Counted from the whole stretch's first letter, positions 1-12,730 are shown. The stretch is 60,432 nucleotides of DNA, filler included, from Basidioascus undulatus (GCA_000826855.1; 4 parts of 4 records of this genome joined end to end with filler, not necessarily neighbours in it), one strand, 5' to 3'. Notes: generated by a model not told the origin, from the sequence alone. Translations and numbers: made by a program.

Positions 1-83
1 TGGACATATCCGGAATTGAACCGGAGACCTCCTCCACTCAGCTAATGCTAAGAAGGCGTGATAAGCCACTACACCATATGCCC
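1..83 (-). tRNA. tRNA-Ala(AGC) with 9-nt intron (37..45)
   Basis: Reverse complement folds as a cloverleaf: acceptor GGGCATA/TATGTCC-A, anticodon stem CCTTC/GGAGG, loop TT-AGC-A[TTAGCTGAG]T, T arm TCCGG-TTCAATT-CCGGA. Confidence 0.95.
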
Positions 84-1629
84 CTCAGAAAGCCCACTAA
101 ATAACTTACCTATGACCACGCCATGGGTTGCTATCGAGAATATCCTCCCGGACACCTTGTGACACACGCGTACTGACCCGCATCCGTAGAGTGGGACGTA
201 TACCCTGCGCATATGAAGCTCTTATGCCAAGGCATCCTCTTCCTAGCCTCCCTGTCGGGTACCCTCTCCTCTAAGGGTGACATATCGATAGCCTGATTAG
301 AGTGCAAGGTACCGAAGAGTCCGCGTGTTCTCTCTGTCTCTGAAGGCACATCGAAGAGTGTAGGGCATGTGCTGTCCTCCCCCTATGCATTGTCTCGGAT
401 ACAGCGTGGGGTATGTGCGCACTCAGAGGGGCGGGCGTACCGGACGTAAGCCTGTCGAGGGAGTCGCAGATGATCTGGGGCAGTAATCTCCCCGCACTAC
501 TCCATCCCTGGTGTGTCCTGGATACTAACACAGTGCCCCTGCAGTCCCACAGAGTACCGCTCAATAGCGCAGCAGATAGGGCCGTTGCTAAGGAGTTTGC
601 GAATTAGGACCGTATTTGCACACATCACGGTTGGCGCATACACAGTGTAGTATCCGTCAGGGCCCTCAATCATGTGACCGAAGGGATTATCGGAACTTGC
701 GGAGAGGGTAGAACGAAGACTTGTTGGGAGCCCTGTCGTACTCCGCGGAGGCGCCATAGTCCGACGCCCTCCCACCTGCGTCCCTGTATGCGAGGCATGC
801 CTTGCATGGGGTGAGTGCCGATTTGAAGAGGGGTCCTCCAGTGGACGGGTCGTGTGCGACCCCGGGTTGCGACTCGCTCAGCGTCTTCTGTGCCCCACTT
901 ACTGCAGATCTCGCGTCTTGGTGGTGTGGCGTCCCTCTGTCCACGCATGGGTAGGCGCCGAGCGTAGAGTCTCCGTCCATCGGGTGGGTGGGCAACCAAC
1001 CGAGAGAGCGCTCACCGTTACTGCAATGAAATGAGACCTTCACTGACCAGAAACCCCTCCTCTTCCAGGAGAGCCTGCAAGCACCCACACGGCGATGTCA
1101 TCCCCTTCGCCGCGGTCTCATCTGAGGCAGGGAGGGGTAAGTTCCTCACCGATATGGATATGCCTATGGGCACCCCTCTGCCACAGTGCTACACGTACGA
1201 GTTGACAACCAAAGGACCCTGGGATGAGGGTCTCAAGAACTTGTACTCGACTACACTGCCATCAAGACTGCATCAGCGAGTGCATGGTACGACTGCTACG
1301 TGTTCATAGAGGGACCCGTCCCGTACGACTTCTCGCAACTGGACAGGTGGCTGAGGCGGTCGCCGAACCCCACCGGCCCTCATAGTGAGAGTCAGGCCAG
1401 CCTCCCAGGAGGCTGGGGAGCGCTCCTCGCAGTTCATTGTGAGCAGCAGGCCTGGGGACAAGAGGCACTGGACTGTCTCACACACGGGGCCACGGTTCCT
1501 TGCTGAGACCATCCTCGCTCACCTCGAGGGAATGTCTGTCATGGTATGCATTCACGATGCTCACGATGAGTACCTAGAGTGCATAGACCTCTTCGCGGGA
1601 GCAACGTGGTATACCCCGTGCACGCCGGG

Positions 1630-2670
1630 GGCACGTCGTCCAGATCTAGATAGCTGAGCGTGTTTCGGGAGTCGAGGAGGGCGGCATGCAGCTCTTCAGT
1701 GTCGACAGGTTCCACTGGGTCGCTATAGTATGACGAAGTGGATGGCCCGCTAAGTGACAACCTGCTGAGGGCACGGGGGACGCGCAGGAGTGCCAGAAGC
1801 AAATCCGTATCTCCAGACTGCCGCATGACACCTCGAGGCTGGTTACGTCCGACGTTCCACTTCTAGCGAAGAGCTCGGCCTCGTCAGGCAAAGTGCAGGA
1901 GTAGAGCTCGAGCACGTACACCGCGATGGAGCGCAGCGACGGAAGCGCGAGGTAAGCGAGCATTTCCAGTATGTCAACATCGGTCGAATCGGTGAAGACT
2001 TTGAGAGATGAAGCAAGAGCGAAGCCCTTGCGGTTGGGAGGCCGTCGGGGCGGTAAGAGCATCGCAGAAGCGATAGGCCGAGAAGGGCACTTGGGCCTGG
2101 AGGACGTGCACTTTCGGGAGAGATGGAGAAGCTGCACAGCAGCCTCGTCTAGCTCATCATGTGGGGCCGAATGGGGCTCCCTCACATCCTCCCACTCGAT
2201 GTCGAGCTCGCGCACATACGCCGCAAGCGCCGGGCGCGGCGTGAGCGCACGCACGAGTAGGGGAAGGCTTCGTTGGGGGTGTCGCAGAAGCGCAGGGCGG
2301 GGTACGGCACTCGGGCATTGAGGACGCGCAGGTTTGGGATAGGGCGGAGAAGCACTACGACATGGGCGGTAGGACTACCTTTCTGCACCGGAATATCTTC
2401 TCCCATATAATCCGAGGCCGAGTCGAGCTCCCATAGGTCCTCCCATTCGACGTTGAGCTCGCGCACATGCGCCGCGAGCGTCGGGCGCGCCGTGAGTGAG
2501 TGTAGGAGTAAGGGAAGGCTTTGTCCATGATGCGGCATGAGCGGTACAGAAGTGGCTCTGCGATGTGGTGGAGCTGCTTGGAAGCAAGCGAGAGAAATAT
2601 AAGCTGGCTGGGTGAGCGTGAGAGGTGATTTGAACAAGAGTTCGAGCGGGAGGTCGGCGAGTCTGGCCAT
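1630..2670 (-). pseudogene. Decayed F-box (LRR-like) protein gene with internal duplication and truncated 3' end
   Basis: N-terminal MARLADLPLELL is F-box-like. Coding sense shifts across ORFs 2182..2670, 1646..2254 and 1539..1826. Paralogous to 12731..13740 (ALTPRPALAAYVRELDIEWED vs ALTARPALAPHVLEFDIKWED). Confidence 0.7.
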
Positions 2671-3010
2671 GATTGACGCGAGAAATGAGATTCGATCGAT
2701 AATTTATTTGTACGTGATGATAGGCGTAGGTTACGGATTCGAGAGTAGCGTCGAAGAGGCCCAATGCGATACTGGTGGTTAGGACGGAAGGGTTGCTAAG
2801 AGAACCAGCGGAGCTGGCCACCGCTCGGCGCGCTTTCGGCGTCGCAGGTAGCTTGGCATGAAACCGGTCAGCAGCCCCCATATGAAGACTTCATTATAAA
2901 AACAAACAATACCCCTCAGGATGAAGTAGGCAGGCAGCCTTTCACTACATGCATCATCTGGTGGATTTATTTGACGCTTATGCTAATGCCACACCCATCC
3001 ACTCTCCCCT

Positions 3011-4057
3011 TTACACAGTGAACGCGCCATTGACCCTCAAGTTCTGCCCGCTCACCCAGCGGCCGCCCTCCCCCGCCAGAAACAGCACGGCCTGCGCGAC
3101 CTCGTCCGGCGTGCCGAGGCGGTTATGCGGGCTGAAGCCGGCGATGGTCTTGATGAGCTCCTCTGTCTTGCCCTCAAGGAATAGGTCTGTTCCGATCGGA
3201 CCTGGCGAGACGGCGTTGACGTTGATGCCGCGGGAGGCGAAGAGCGGGTCGCGCGAGAGGACGCGGACGACATGCTCGAGCGCCCCCTTGCTCGCGAGGT
3301 ACGGGAGGTAGCCAGGCTGGCTGTGGGACGAAAGACAGTTTAGAAAGCGAAGAAGGATCAGGTGAGCGGCGCAGTTCAAAGAAAAGAGGTTATGAACGCG
3401 AGCTGACAAGATCGTAGCCCGCGTGAGGGAAGTCGAGAAGAAGACAAGGCGCCCGTTGTCGTTGAGGTGCGGCTCGACGGCCTGTGGGCAAAAGGCAAAT
3501 TGATAAGTGGGGATGTGCTTCTGGAGAGCGAAAGCAAAGTACGCACTTGCGCGAGGAACAGCGGTCCTTTGACATTCACACCCCAATGCTTGTCCAAGTC
3601 CTCCTCCTCGAGCGTCTTGAGCGGCTTCATGTGCATGACGCCCGAGCACGCCACGACGATATCGATCTTCGTGCCGAACGCCTTCATAGCCTGCTCTACG
3701 AGCGACTGCGCCCCCGCCTTGGCAGAGAGGTCCGTCTGGACGAGCTTGGCCTTCGCATCGGGCTGCGCGGAGGTGAGGGACGAAAGGAACGCCTCCGCCG
3801 CGGAGGTGTTGGAAGAGTAGTTGAGCACGACAGAGGCCCCCGAGGCGAGGAAGTTGCGGGAGACCTGTGAGCTTCGTGAGTGCTCAGCTCGGACTTCTAG
3901 TGGACGGGTGGACGGACCTCCGCACCGATACCCCGAGTGCCCCCCTGCGAGTAGAACCGCTTCCTCTCGTCAGTCCCTGCACTCTGCACAGAAAACCTGT
4001 TATGCGAATGCAGTCCGCACTGACAGTCACGATCACAGTCTTGCCCGAGAAAGCCAT
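3011..4057 (-). CDS. Short-chain dehydrogenase/reductase (classical SDR), spliced
   Basis: Exons join to MAFSGKTVIVT|GGTRGIGAE|VSRNFLASGASVVLNY, giving TGxxxGIG. Catalytic YLASK (YxxxK), VNAVSPGPIGT, C-terminal WVSGQNLRVNG. Frame intact after splicing. Confidence 0.92.
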
Positions 4058-5422
4058 TGCGTTGATATGGTTATACGATTCGATAGCGAGGTTGAAAGTG
4101 GAGCACGTTGGAGGAGACAGACGTTGATAAGGATCAAAAGAGCGAGCTTTATGATTCAGAAGACAGGCGGAGGCGGACCACGGGCATCGGAAAGTTGGCA
4201 CAGCAGCGCCACGTCAAGTCCGCGTTCGTGACCGCAAATTATTGACCGCAGCAGCGTTGGGAATGTATTCAGTTGGGGACAATGAGTGCGACGGATGTGT
4301 TGTTTTAGCCGCCACGAGCTGGGCATTCGTTCGTGAACATGGCGAAGACTGCCCAATTGCATGACGCTGCCACCGAAGTTGGGAGGCTATTTGTCTTCGT
4401 GAATTGACGGCAAACCTGTTGGCTGCGGAAATTACAGCAAGAGCTAGTTGACGTAGCAATCCAAGCCGGGGCTGAAGGCGGTGGGTTTAGCCCTGTGCCC
4501 CTTCGCCATTGAAAGCGCGGCAAGATATGCAAGATAAGCAGCCCGTGAACAAGGGTTACGCTTATGTGGATGTTCAGGTAGGTCTTTTATTGGAATTTAA
4601 TAAATGAAACTTCCCGAAAAGGATGCGAACCCCTGTAGTTTCATTTACAGTCTCGCGGGGTTTGCAAAACTTCACGGGCTGACGTTCGCTCAGCCACTTG
4701 AGGCCCTGGATGCATATAGGAACCCTCCTAAAAACACTTGAATGATCCCAGTAAACTTAAATCGGACTTCCATCGGATAAGAATCGTGCGTACGACTCAT
4801 GTCGACTCTCTGTACCGCTCGCTCTGTCGACGGAGCCCACGAGCACGGTTTGCTTTGAGGGAGTCCGCTCGAGATGCTCTTGTTGTTGTTGGGGTTCACT
4901 TATTCTATCAAAATGTGACGTGCTGAAGCGCCCCGCAATGCAGGCCTTTCACAGCGGAAACCGACGGTAACTTCACGGTGCAAATTCAAGTGCGGCGCCG
5001 CCCGCCGGCGGCGGCGGCGACACCGGGTCAAAGCAAACGCGGAAGAAGGCTTGGACCAGGATATGCTTTGGCTCTGCTCTAACAAGTGTTCTCGATAACT
5101 TTCAGGCAGCTCTGCCCACCATAAAAGGTGGTCGTACGAGCAGTTTTCGTGGAGACACGTGCAGGATACAAGAGCGGCAAGGCTTGGCATACGCAATTGC
5201 ATGCTTGCACCTCAATGAAAGGAGCGCTGTGCCTGGTGTCTGCCCTTACAGGGGGCACCTGGAAGGAACATGCTCGTGGGCGACCATTAATATGGCAGCC
5301 GAGCCCTCGTCTATGCTATTGGCAGCCCAATGCAAGAAGATGTGACCGCCTCATAAGCAGACCATACTCCCTCGCAACGTCTTCGTTCATCCTTGCCTAT
5401 ACTGCTGGTCGTCCAGCTCACG

Positions 5423-7025
5423 ATGATTTTCCCTGTCTCGTTTCTCGTTGCCGCGTTGCAGGTATCGTCCACTGTTTCGGCACGGCCGCATGGGAAGCAC
5501 GGCGGTCCGGACGTCGAGAATGGGCTGTACACCCTTCGGCAGGTTGGCGGAGCGAACACCAAAGTGCGTCCCCGTTCTCAAGGGGCATTTAAGATGCTAA
5601 CTGTTGAGCACTCTTGATTACAGGACCTGCGTGTCTACCTCGAGAAGGACGGCAAGCCCATCAGCTTCTGGCACGATGTTCCTCTCCGACCCGAGGGCGC
5701 TGCTGAAGTATGCGCTCCTGGATTCTATAACTATGTACAAGGCACAGCTGACGTTTTATACCTTTTAAAGAACGTCGTAAACATGGTTGTGGAGATTCCT
5801 CGTTGGACCAACGCCAAAATTGAGGTGCGGAGCGAGCATGCAAGAGGTTAAACGAGCGAGCTCATGATCATCTTTCCCCTTAGACTAACCGACCTGAAGC
5901 CCTCAGTAAGCATTTACTAGATATGGTTAGCTTTTTTTTGGTCTAAAATCCAATTATCCAAAGACCCCATCTTTCACGATGTCCGGTTCGTCACTCCTGC
6001 TCAAGCTGCAAGTCGCAGGCACTAACAACTTGACGACAGCGACGGCGAGCCCCGTGTGCAAAATGTCTACCCGTACAAGTCATACCAGTGGATGTGTAGG
6101 ATATCCAACAGTTTACACCTTTTGGTGGTTCATTACTGATACTTGATATCTCGCGCCGTCAGATGGTTCGATTCCTCAGACCTGGGAGAGCCCTAACGAG
6201 CCTCATGAGCTCAGCGGCTTCCCTGGCGACAACGACCCCATTGAGTGCGTACAACATTTCTCATACGTACATGGTGGTTACTGTTTGTTGAAGGTTCTTG
6301 CACGCGACAGCATCATCGAGTCCGTGGTCTTGGTCGTGACAGTTCATTTTCAGACCAACGGCCGATACTTTCACAACTTTGGCAGCATTGGCCAGCACCC
6401 CGGCTTCCGGGGTCAGGTGAAGGCGGTCAAGCTTTTTGGAGGTCTCCTCGTTCTTGACGGGGACGAGACGGATTGGAAGCTTTTCGGGATTGACGTGACG
6501 GACCCGCTGGCGGACGCCATTAACTGTGAGTGTTCCCCATCTCAGGCCATTTCTTATTTGGTGAATAATTCCGCCAAATACACAGCCCTGGAGGATGTGG
6601 AGAAGTACAAGCCGGGCTTGCTCGACGCTTCGAAATATTGGTTTACGGTGCGTCCGCCAGCCATTTTTAGTTCTGGCTTGGCTCCCACAAAGCCACACTC
6701 ATGTGCTTCAATGATAGGTCTACAAGGTTCCGTGATTCCCATTGGCTATAATGGCCAGTGGGTGGACAACAGCGTCGTCGAACAGGTCATCGAGCACGGC
6801 CACTCGTACTGGCGCGGCCTCGTCCATGGCGAGGTCGACCGCAACGAGATCTCGATCAACCAAACCACCGTTTCGGACGCTTCGACCGGCTTTGTTGAGG
6901 CCAAGAAGGCGGAGAAGAAGCTGAAGATCCCGAAGGCGAAGTGGGCGGAGGATGCAGAGGTGCCGCAGTGGGCTCAAGAGTGGAGCTTTGTGAAGGATGG
7001 GAAGAACGTGCAGCAGACGCTTTGA
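5423..7025 (+). CDS. Family I inorganic pyrophosphatase with predicted signal peptide; apparent frameshift near 6730
   Basis: Spliced motifs ISFWHDVP, VVEIPRWTNAKIE, YGSIPQTWE, GDNDPID, LDGDETDWK, WFTVYKV. N-terminus MIFPVSFLVAALQVSSTVSA-RP. After the last intron the YKVP frame hits TGA at 6733, while the C-terminal part continues in another frame to 7025. Confidence 0.88.
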
Positions 7026-7446
7026 TTCGGAAGGATGACCGGAAAAGGCGGCCTTATTTGGCTGTTAGCGGAGAGATAGATAGCTAGACTATGTCGTTCA
7101 AACGGTCAAATGGACTTGTGTGAGAGGAGGATGGCATTTGCATGTTCCAAACCTTTAAACCATGCTGGCTTTGATGTCTCCTTTCCACGCACATAAAAGC
7201 TACTAGAAAGACAAATTTAATGTGGTATCCACCGCTTTACTTACCTGTATGCAAGGTGGCCAACAATCCTTTGCAGCAATTCTTTTCCACTTGCGAACCG
7301 AAACCAAAGGGGATCATCAGTCAGGGTATACACTCCAATAAAAATTCCCTCACATGGGCCCAAATATTCGAAGAGAAACCATGAGAAGGGGGCAATAGTG
7401 GGTTGTGGTCTGTCACTTTGTGGGAAGTTAAAAACTTTCCACCAGT

Positions 7447-7530
7447 GGCCGCTTAACTCAGTTGGTTAGAGTGTGGAGCTAATAATCATATGGCACTCCA
7501 AAGTCGCAGGTTCGACCCCTGCAGTGGCCA
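7447..7530 (+). tRNA. tRNA-Ile(AAT) with 10-nt intron (7485..7494)
   Basis: GGCCGCT/AGTGGCC-A acceptor, ACTC/GAGT D stem, TGGAG/CTCCA anticodon stem with CT-AAT-A[ATCATATGGC]A, GCAGG-TTCGACC-CCTGC T arm. Confidence 0.95.
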
Positions 7531-8130
7531 ATTCTTCTATACGAGATAGCACACCGAAGTAGACGCGAAGCAAGTCTGTCGCTATGCTGTCCACGTATGC
7601 ACCTTCTGGTACCTCTTTTAGTCGCCTTTTATTCTTGTGCCGGAGTTTGTCATACAATATATGCCCATCTCCTTGTTCTTTTCATCTTATGTTGTTTCAG
7701 CATGTCCACACGCGGCTTACACCAAGAGTACACGTATTGACTGACTGATGGCTCTTCCGCACGGATGAGGAAGGTGCGGTGCTGCGTATCCGCTCAATCA
7801 CGGCCGCGGTGATCCCGGACGGGCTTCGTCCACGCTAGCGAGTCAGACGATCAATAACCGCTTTCGAACCACACCCCCCCACGTACGCCTGATCACAACT
7901 TCTGCGATCACCACATGCGTGACACGTTATTTTTGGATCCCGTCAATCAGAACCTGCCGTGAGCTGAGAGGGCCCCCAGGTTGCGTAACCTCATGCTTTC
8001 GAGTCTGAGTGGCTCGCATCGCACGGCGTTCCCACTACTTGCTTTCTCTAGCGTGCTTTGCCTAGGTCTTCTTCCTCCCATCATCTCCAGAAGATATCTT
8101 CTCTCTCAGGGACCTCGCTTCGCACGAGAA

Positions 8131-10604
8131 ATGTCCGTCCAGTCCGCCGATGACACCGAAAAGCAAACAACCGAACATCTTGAGCATCACGCGGATGGCA
8201 TCGACGCGGACCGGATGGGTGCCACGCACAAGGATGAGGCGAAGGAGCTCGACGGCAGCGTAACCTCTGAAGAGGAGAGGAGATTAGTCCGCAAATTCGA
8301 TTGGAATATCATGCCGCTCGTCTACGTCCTCTACATGCTGAGTTTCCTGGATCGGTGCGTGGCGTGACCTTTCGTTTCCCGGTTGCAATTGAAAGGCTCA
8401 ACACTTCGGAACGATACAATTCACAGGAGTAACATCGGAAGTAAGCCCTCGATTTTGCCTACCTCTTCTGTCACCAGACTGAGTGCGATGCTTCCGCCCC
8501 CAGATGCAAACACAGCCGGCATGTCCGCCGACCTCGGCTTGTCCTCTAGTCAATACGAATGGCTGCTTACCATATTCTATTTGGGGTGGGTCGACTTTCT
8601 TTCTACAAGCGTATTCAACAAGTCTTACGCCCATCCGGAAACTTTACAGCTACATACTGGGGCAGCCGACGACGCTGTTGTGGAAGGTGGTGCCGGCGCA
8701 CATATACGCTACTGTATTGACAGTTTGCTGGGGTGGCTTTGCGCTTTGTGAGTAACAACGCTTGTTACGTCATATACGGACTCACTGACTCGTCGTTCTT
8801 CACGACACAGTACAAGCGGCCTGCACCAACTGGGGCGGCTTGATGGCCCTCCGATTCTTCTTGGGAGTGGCCGAGACTGTGAGCAGAAACAGTTCTTGAC
8901 TATAATACTGCATGCTGAAATTGGAATTGTTCACAGGCTTTCGGGCCGGGTGTGCCATACTACCTCTCTTTCTTTTACCTCCGCCGAGAGGTCGGGTTCA
9001 GGCAGGGGATCTTCTTGGGTGCAGCGCCCATCGCAACTGCATACGCTGGCACTCTGTGAGTTGAGCCAATACCTCGCTTGGAGGGGAAATGGAAATTTTT
9101 TGAACCTACTACAGTGCATACGGCCTGACCCACATCAAGGGCGCCTCAATAGCGAACTGGCGTGTCCTGTTTCTCGTCGAGTACGTCCGCGTTCATCCGC
9201 TCTATGACCACAAATCCTTACATCTTGTCGCCACAGGGGAGCTCCGGCCATCCTCGTGATTCCTTTTGTGTGGTTCTTCCTCCCCGACACAGCCAGCCAC
9301 GCGCGATTCCTCACCGAGGACCAGAAGGCGATCGCACGAGCGCGCGGCGTTCGGCAGGGCGACGAGGGCCGGGAACAAGGACTTGATCTGAGGCATGTGT
9401 GGAAGGGTCTAGGTGATCTCAAAGCTTGGGTGAGCATGCTGTTTCAGTATGCGGTGCACGGAGAGGGCTTATGAGATGAAGACAGATTACGGCGTTGATG
9501 TACTTCAGCTGCAACGTTTCGTTCTCGTCTCTACCCGTTTTCCTGCCTACCGTATGTGGCGCACGCTGCCTTTCCTGTTCGCTCGGAATCGTTTGCTTAA
9601 AATACACACCATCCGCTCAGATCCTGTCCGAAATGGGGTTCAGCAGGTTCGCGACGTTCGGTCCTAGCAGCTGGCGGACATTTGACTTATCATGTGCTCC
9701 CCCCCACTTTCTACAGCATCCGCGCGCAAGGCCTCACAGCCCCTCCATGTATGTCCGACGTCTGTGACTCCGTCGTTTTTTCCCTACAAAAACCTCAGAC
9801 CCCGCTGACCTCTTCTAACTGGAAAGACCTGGCCTCCTTCTTCGTCCTCATGACCGCAAGCTACCTCTCCGACCGCCTCGGTGACCGCTCAGGTTTTATC
9901 ATCCCTCTCGCTGCGGTCGGCGGCATTGGCTACGTTGTGCTAGCCACTGTCGAGTCCACGGCGGTGCGGTACTTCGCCGTCTACCTTGCCGCGGCAGGTA
10001 TCTTCCCTTGCATCGCCTTGATCCTGCCGTGCGCATTCGTGGCCTTTGGATCCGTGCGGAAATAGGAACTGATGGTACGGGTTGGGACAGTTGGGTATCG
10101 AACATGCACGGCAGCGACTCGAAGCGCGGCGCCGGGTTCATGCTCCTCAATTTAATCGGACAGTGTGGGCCGCTGCTAGGGACGAGGCTGTACCCGAAGC
10201 ATGAAGGCCCGTACTACGTAAAAGGCATGTCGGTTTCCGCAGCGTTTATGTTCTGTGAGTACGCCAGGGTTTCGTCGGCTGGAAGAGGCCGACCCTGACT
10301 GGTGGTGCCGTGCGGCAGTCGTTGCGATTTTGGCTTCGGTACTGCGTCTGTGCGTAACGTTTATCTCCATCCTACAGAAATTCACACGTTAATTTGGATA
10401 ATCTACTCCTTCCCAAGTGCGTTGGTGCGGGAGAACCGCCGCCGGGACAGGGAGTACGGCAAGTCCGACGGCCAGCACACTTATGCGGACCTAAAGGGGA
10501 CAGCGGACGACGACGTAGGACTTCTTCCTCTGCTTTTCGGTTTCCTTTCGGATCACTCAGATACCGCTCTACCTCTACAGCCCAATTTCCGCTACATCTT
10601 GTAA
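8131..10604 (+). CDS. MFS anion:cation symporter, allantoate/nicotinate permease (DAL5/TNA1) family, highly spliced
   Basis: EERRLVRKFDWNIMP, LSFLDR|SNIGN|A, LRFFLGVAE, FFLPD..ARFLTEDQK, AQGLTAPP|Y, SDRLGDR, C-terminal PNFRYIL*. Checked 3' exon joins stay in frame. Confidence 0.92.
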
Positions 10605-10968
10605 CAGACCTCCGTTTCACGATCGACGACATGACAATGAGCGACTGGAAGGGGATCGAAAGCGGACCCTGTGACCTTGTATTTGGAGGTGTTTGTGTAC
10701 TTTACGTCTCGATGCTGTAAAGGACCCGTTAACAGATTCTAGCTAGCACTTTCCGCGATGAGAAGCTAGCTTCTTGCCGTCAGTCGGGCCCGTTTCAGGT
10801 TCGCTAGGCCGCGGTACTCAACACGTTCGCAGTGGATTCTCGACAGTCAACGACAAGCATAAAGGTTGCGGAAAAATAATTCAACATCATGCAACGCCAA
10901 GAACCCCGTCCCAACCAGCTTCTTCCCTTCCCCAATGAGTCGAGCACGGTACACAGCGCGCTGTGCTC

Positions 10969-11620
10969 TCAAGTCCAAACCTCGACGCGGCGCTTGCGGA
11001 TGAGCCTCTTCCTGGGCTGCCCTCCCAATCTTTAATCAGCCTCCTTCCCCTCCTCGCTCAAATACAAGCAAACACGCACCACCTCGTCCAGCGCGTCCGT
11101 CAGCGTCGCCTCGACCTCGTCGAGCCCCTGCGCGGGCATGCCGAGCGCCGCGACGTCCGCGTTGAGGTTTCCGGGGCCTCGACAGCGGCGGTGACGCTGT
11201 GGAAGTGGGCGCCAACCTGGTCAAGACGGGGAACTAGGGGAGGGGGAGAAGGAGAAGGAAAAGGAGAACGAGAAACGGACGCAACACTTCGGTGTCGTCC
11301 TCCTCCGCGAGCGCCGTGCCCAAGCCAATGGAAGCGACTTCGAGGTAAGTCCGAAAGCTGATCAATCTGTGCGAGCTTGTCGGGGCTGGGAAAATTTAAG
11401 GAAGAAATCAGAACGGCTGGGATAAGGTATTACAGCAGACGAAAGGAAGCACGCAACCAAGCGAGCGGAGGGACCTGCGCACCACCAAACCCCTCCTCTG
11501 AGCCCCAGACCCTCCAAGTAAAACAGAGGGGGAAGGAACGCACTCCTCCGGGTCCACCTGCTGAGAGATCACGAGCGCCACCAGGGCGAGAACCGCGAGC
11601 GCGACGAAGGAGAGCTGCAT
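10969..11620 (-). CDS. Small predicted secreted protein, spliced, unknown function
   Basis: MQLSFVALAVLALVALVISQQ signal-like N-terminus, GTGCGT donors, internal exon GNLNADVAALGMPAQGLDEVEATLTDALDEV, last exon PRKRLIRKRRVEVWT*. Internal exon structure uncertain. Confidence 0.5.
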
Positions 11621-12218
11621 TGCGAGGCGGGTGAGGATGGACGAGCGCGGGGTCGAGGCGGAGATGCGGTTGGGTGTGCGGATGGTGTACGCGTCCAACG
11701 CGGGAAGAGCGGTGAAGATAAAGAAAGAATGGTTGTGGGTAGGAGGAGGATGGTAGAACGTGAGAGAGGGCTGTTATGTGCGAGAAGGCGGTGCGGTCGG
11801 GCGTTGCGATGGGCACAGCGCAGCTTCGGGTGACTGTGCGCCTCGGTTGTTGGATGGACTGAGGCCTGCATCAGTGAGTGGGCAGCGCTGTGGATAACCT
11901 GCTGTTTAGAACTGAAACGATCTGCTATAGTGAAAGGAGTCAGCGCGACGACGTCGGAGGGGCACCGCCGTGGTCGGGCGATGTAGAGATAGCAATTCGA
12001 AAAGTCTGGCGCATATCCCAGGAAATATTGTAAATCCCGAAGACCGTGAATGTGCGAACGGAAGAACCGGTGCATTCGGCAGTGGGCAACCCATAGGGAG
12101 AATTGATGGGAAACGGGAAGAAGCGAGATGGATGTGCAGCAGCCGGCTCATCGTGGCTGCAGCGATGTTTCCGCCAGCAATCAGCCGAGAATGCAGTTGG
12201 TGATGTCAATTTGCATGC

Positions 12219-12730
12219 TCAGTAGCCCAGGAGATCTACGACATCCTGCACCTTTGAGAAAAGGAAGGCCGTAAGTCCCGATAACGCTCCAGAAACCGGA
12301 AAGAACTTCGACTCACCCATGTGTCCTCGTCCGAAGGCTTCATCCCCTGCGACAAGAGCTCCATCATCTCATTCTCCGTAAAGCCAATGTTCATCTCCCG
12401 CTCAAACATCTCCTCCTCGCTCACGAACCTCCCGCCCCTTCCCCGTCCAAACCCCTTCCCTCGTCCGCCTTTCCTCGCGCCCGCACCCGCAGTTGGGACC
12501 GTCCCTCCAAGCTTCAGCAGGATGTCCATCCCGCCCGATGCGACCTCCATCACGGCCTCCCCCTCATCCCTCGCCTTCACGAAGTCCCCCCGCACGCAGG
12601 CGCGCTCCTCCTTGCTCGTACGCGCCAGGCGCTCGAGCATCTCGCGGAGCGCGTCCGCGTCATCGAGCGTGAGGTCAGCCCCGCGCGCGAGGTCATGCAA
12701 GGACCAGCACTTGGAAGACCCGAGCGAGTA
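12219..12730 (-). pseudogene. 3' remnant of an uncharacterised fungal protein gene ending GFTENEMMELLSQGMKPSDEDTW|DVVDLLGY*
   Basis: Resembles a recurrent fungal C-terminal motif (GFT..E..ELL.QG.KPWD.DAW.V) recalled from memory. One intron with GTGAGT donor. No own 5' part. Confidence 0.55.
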
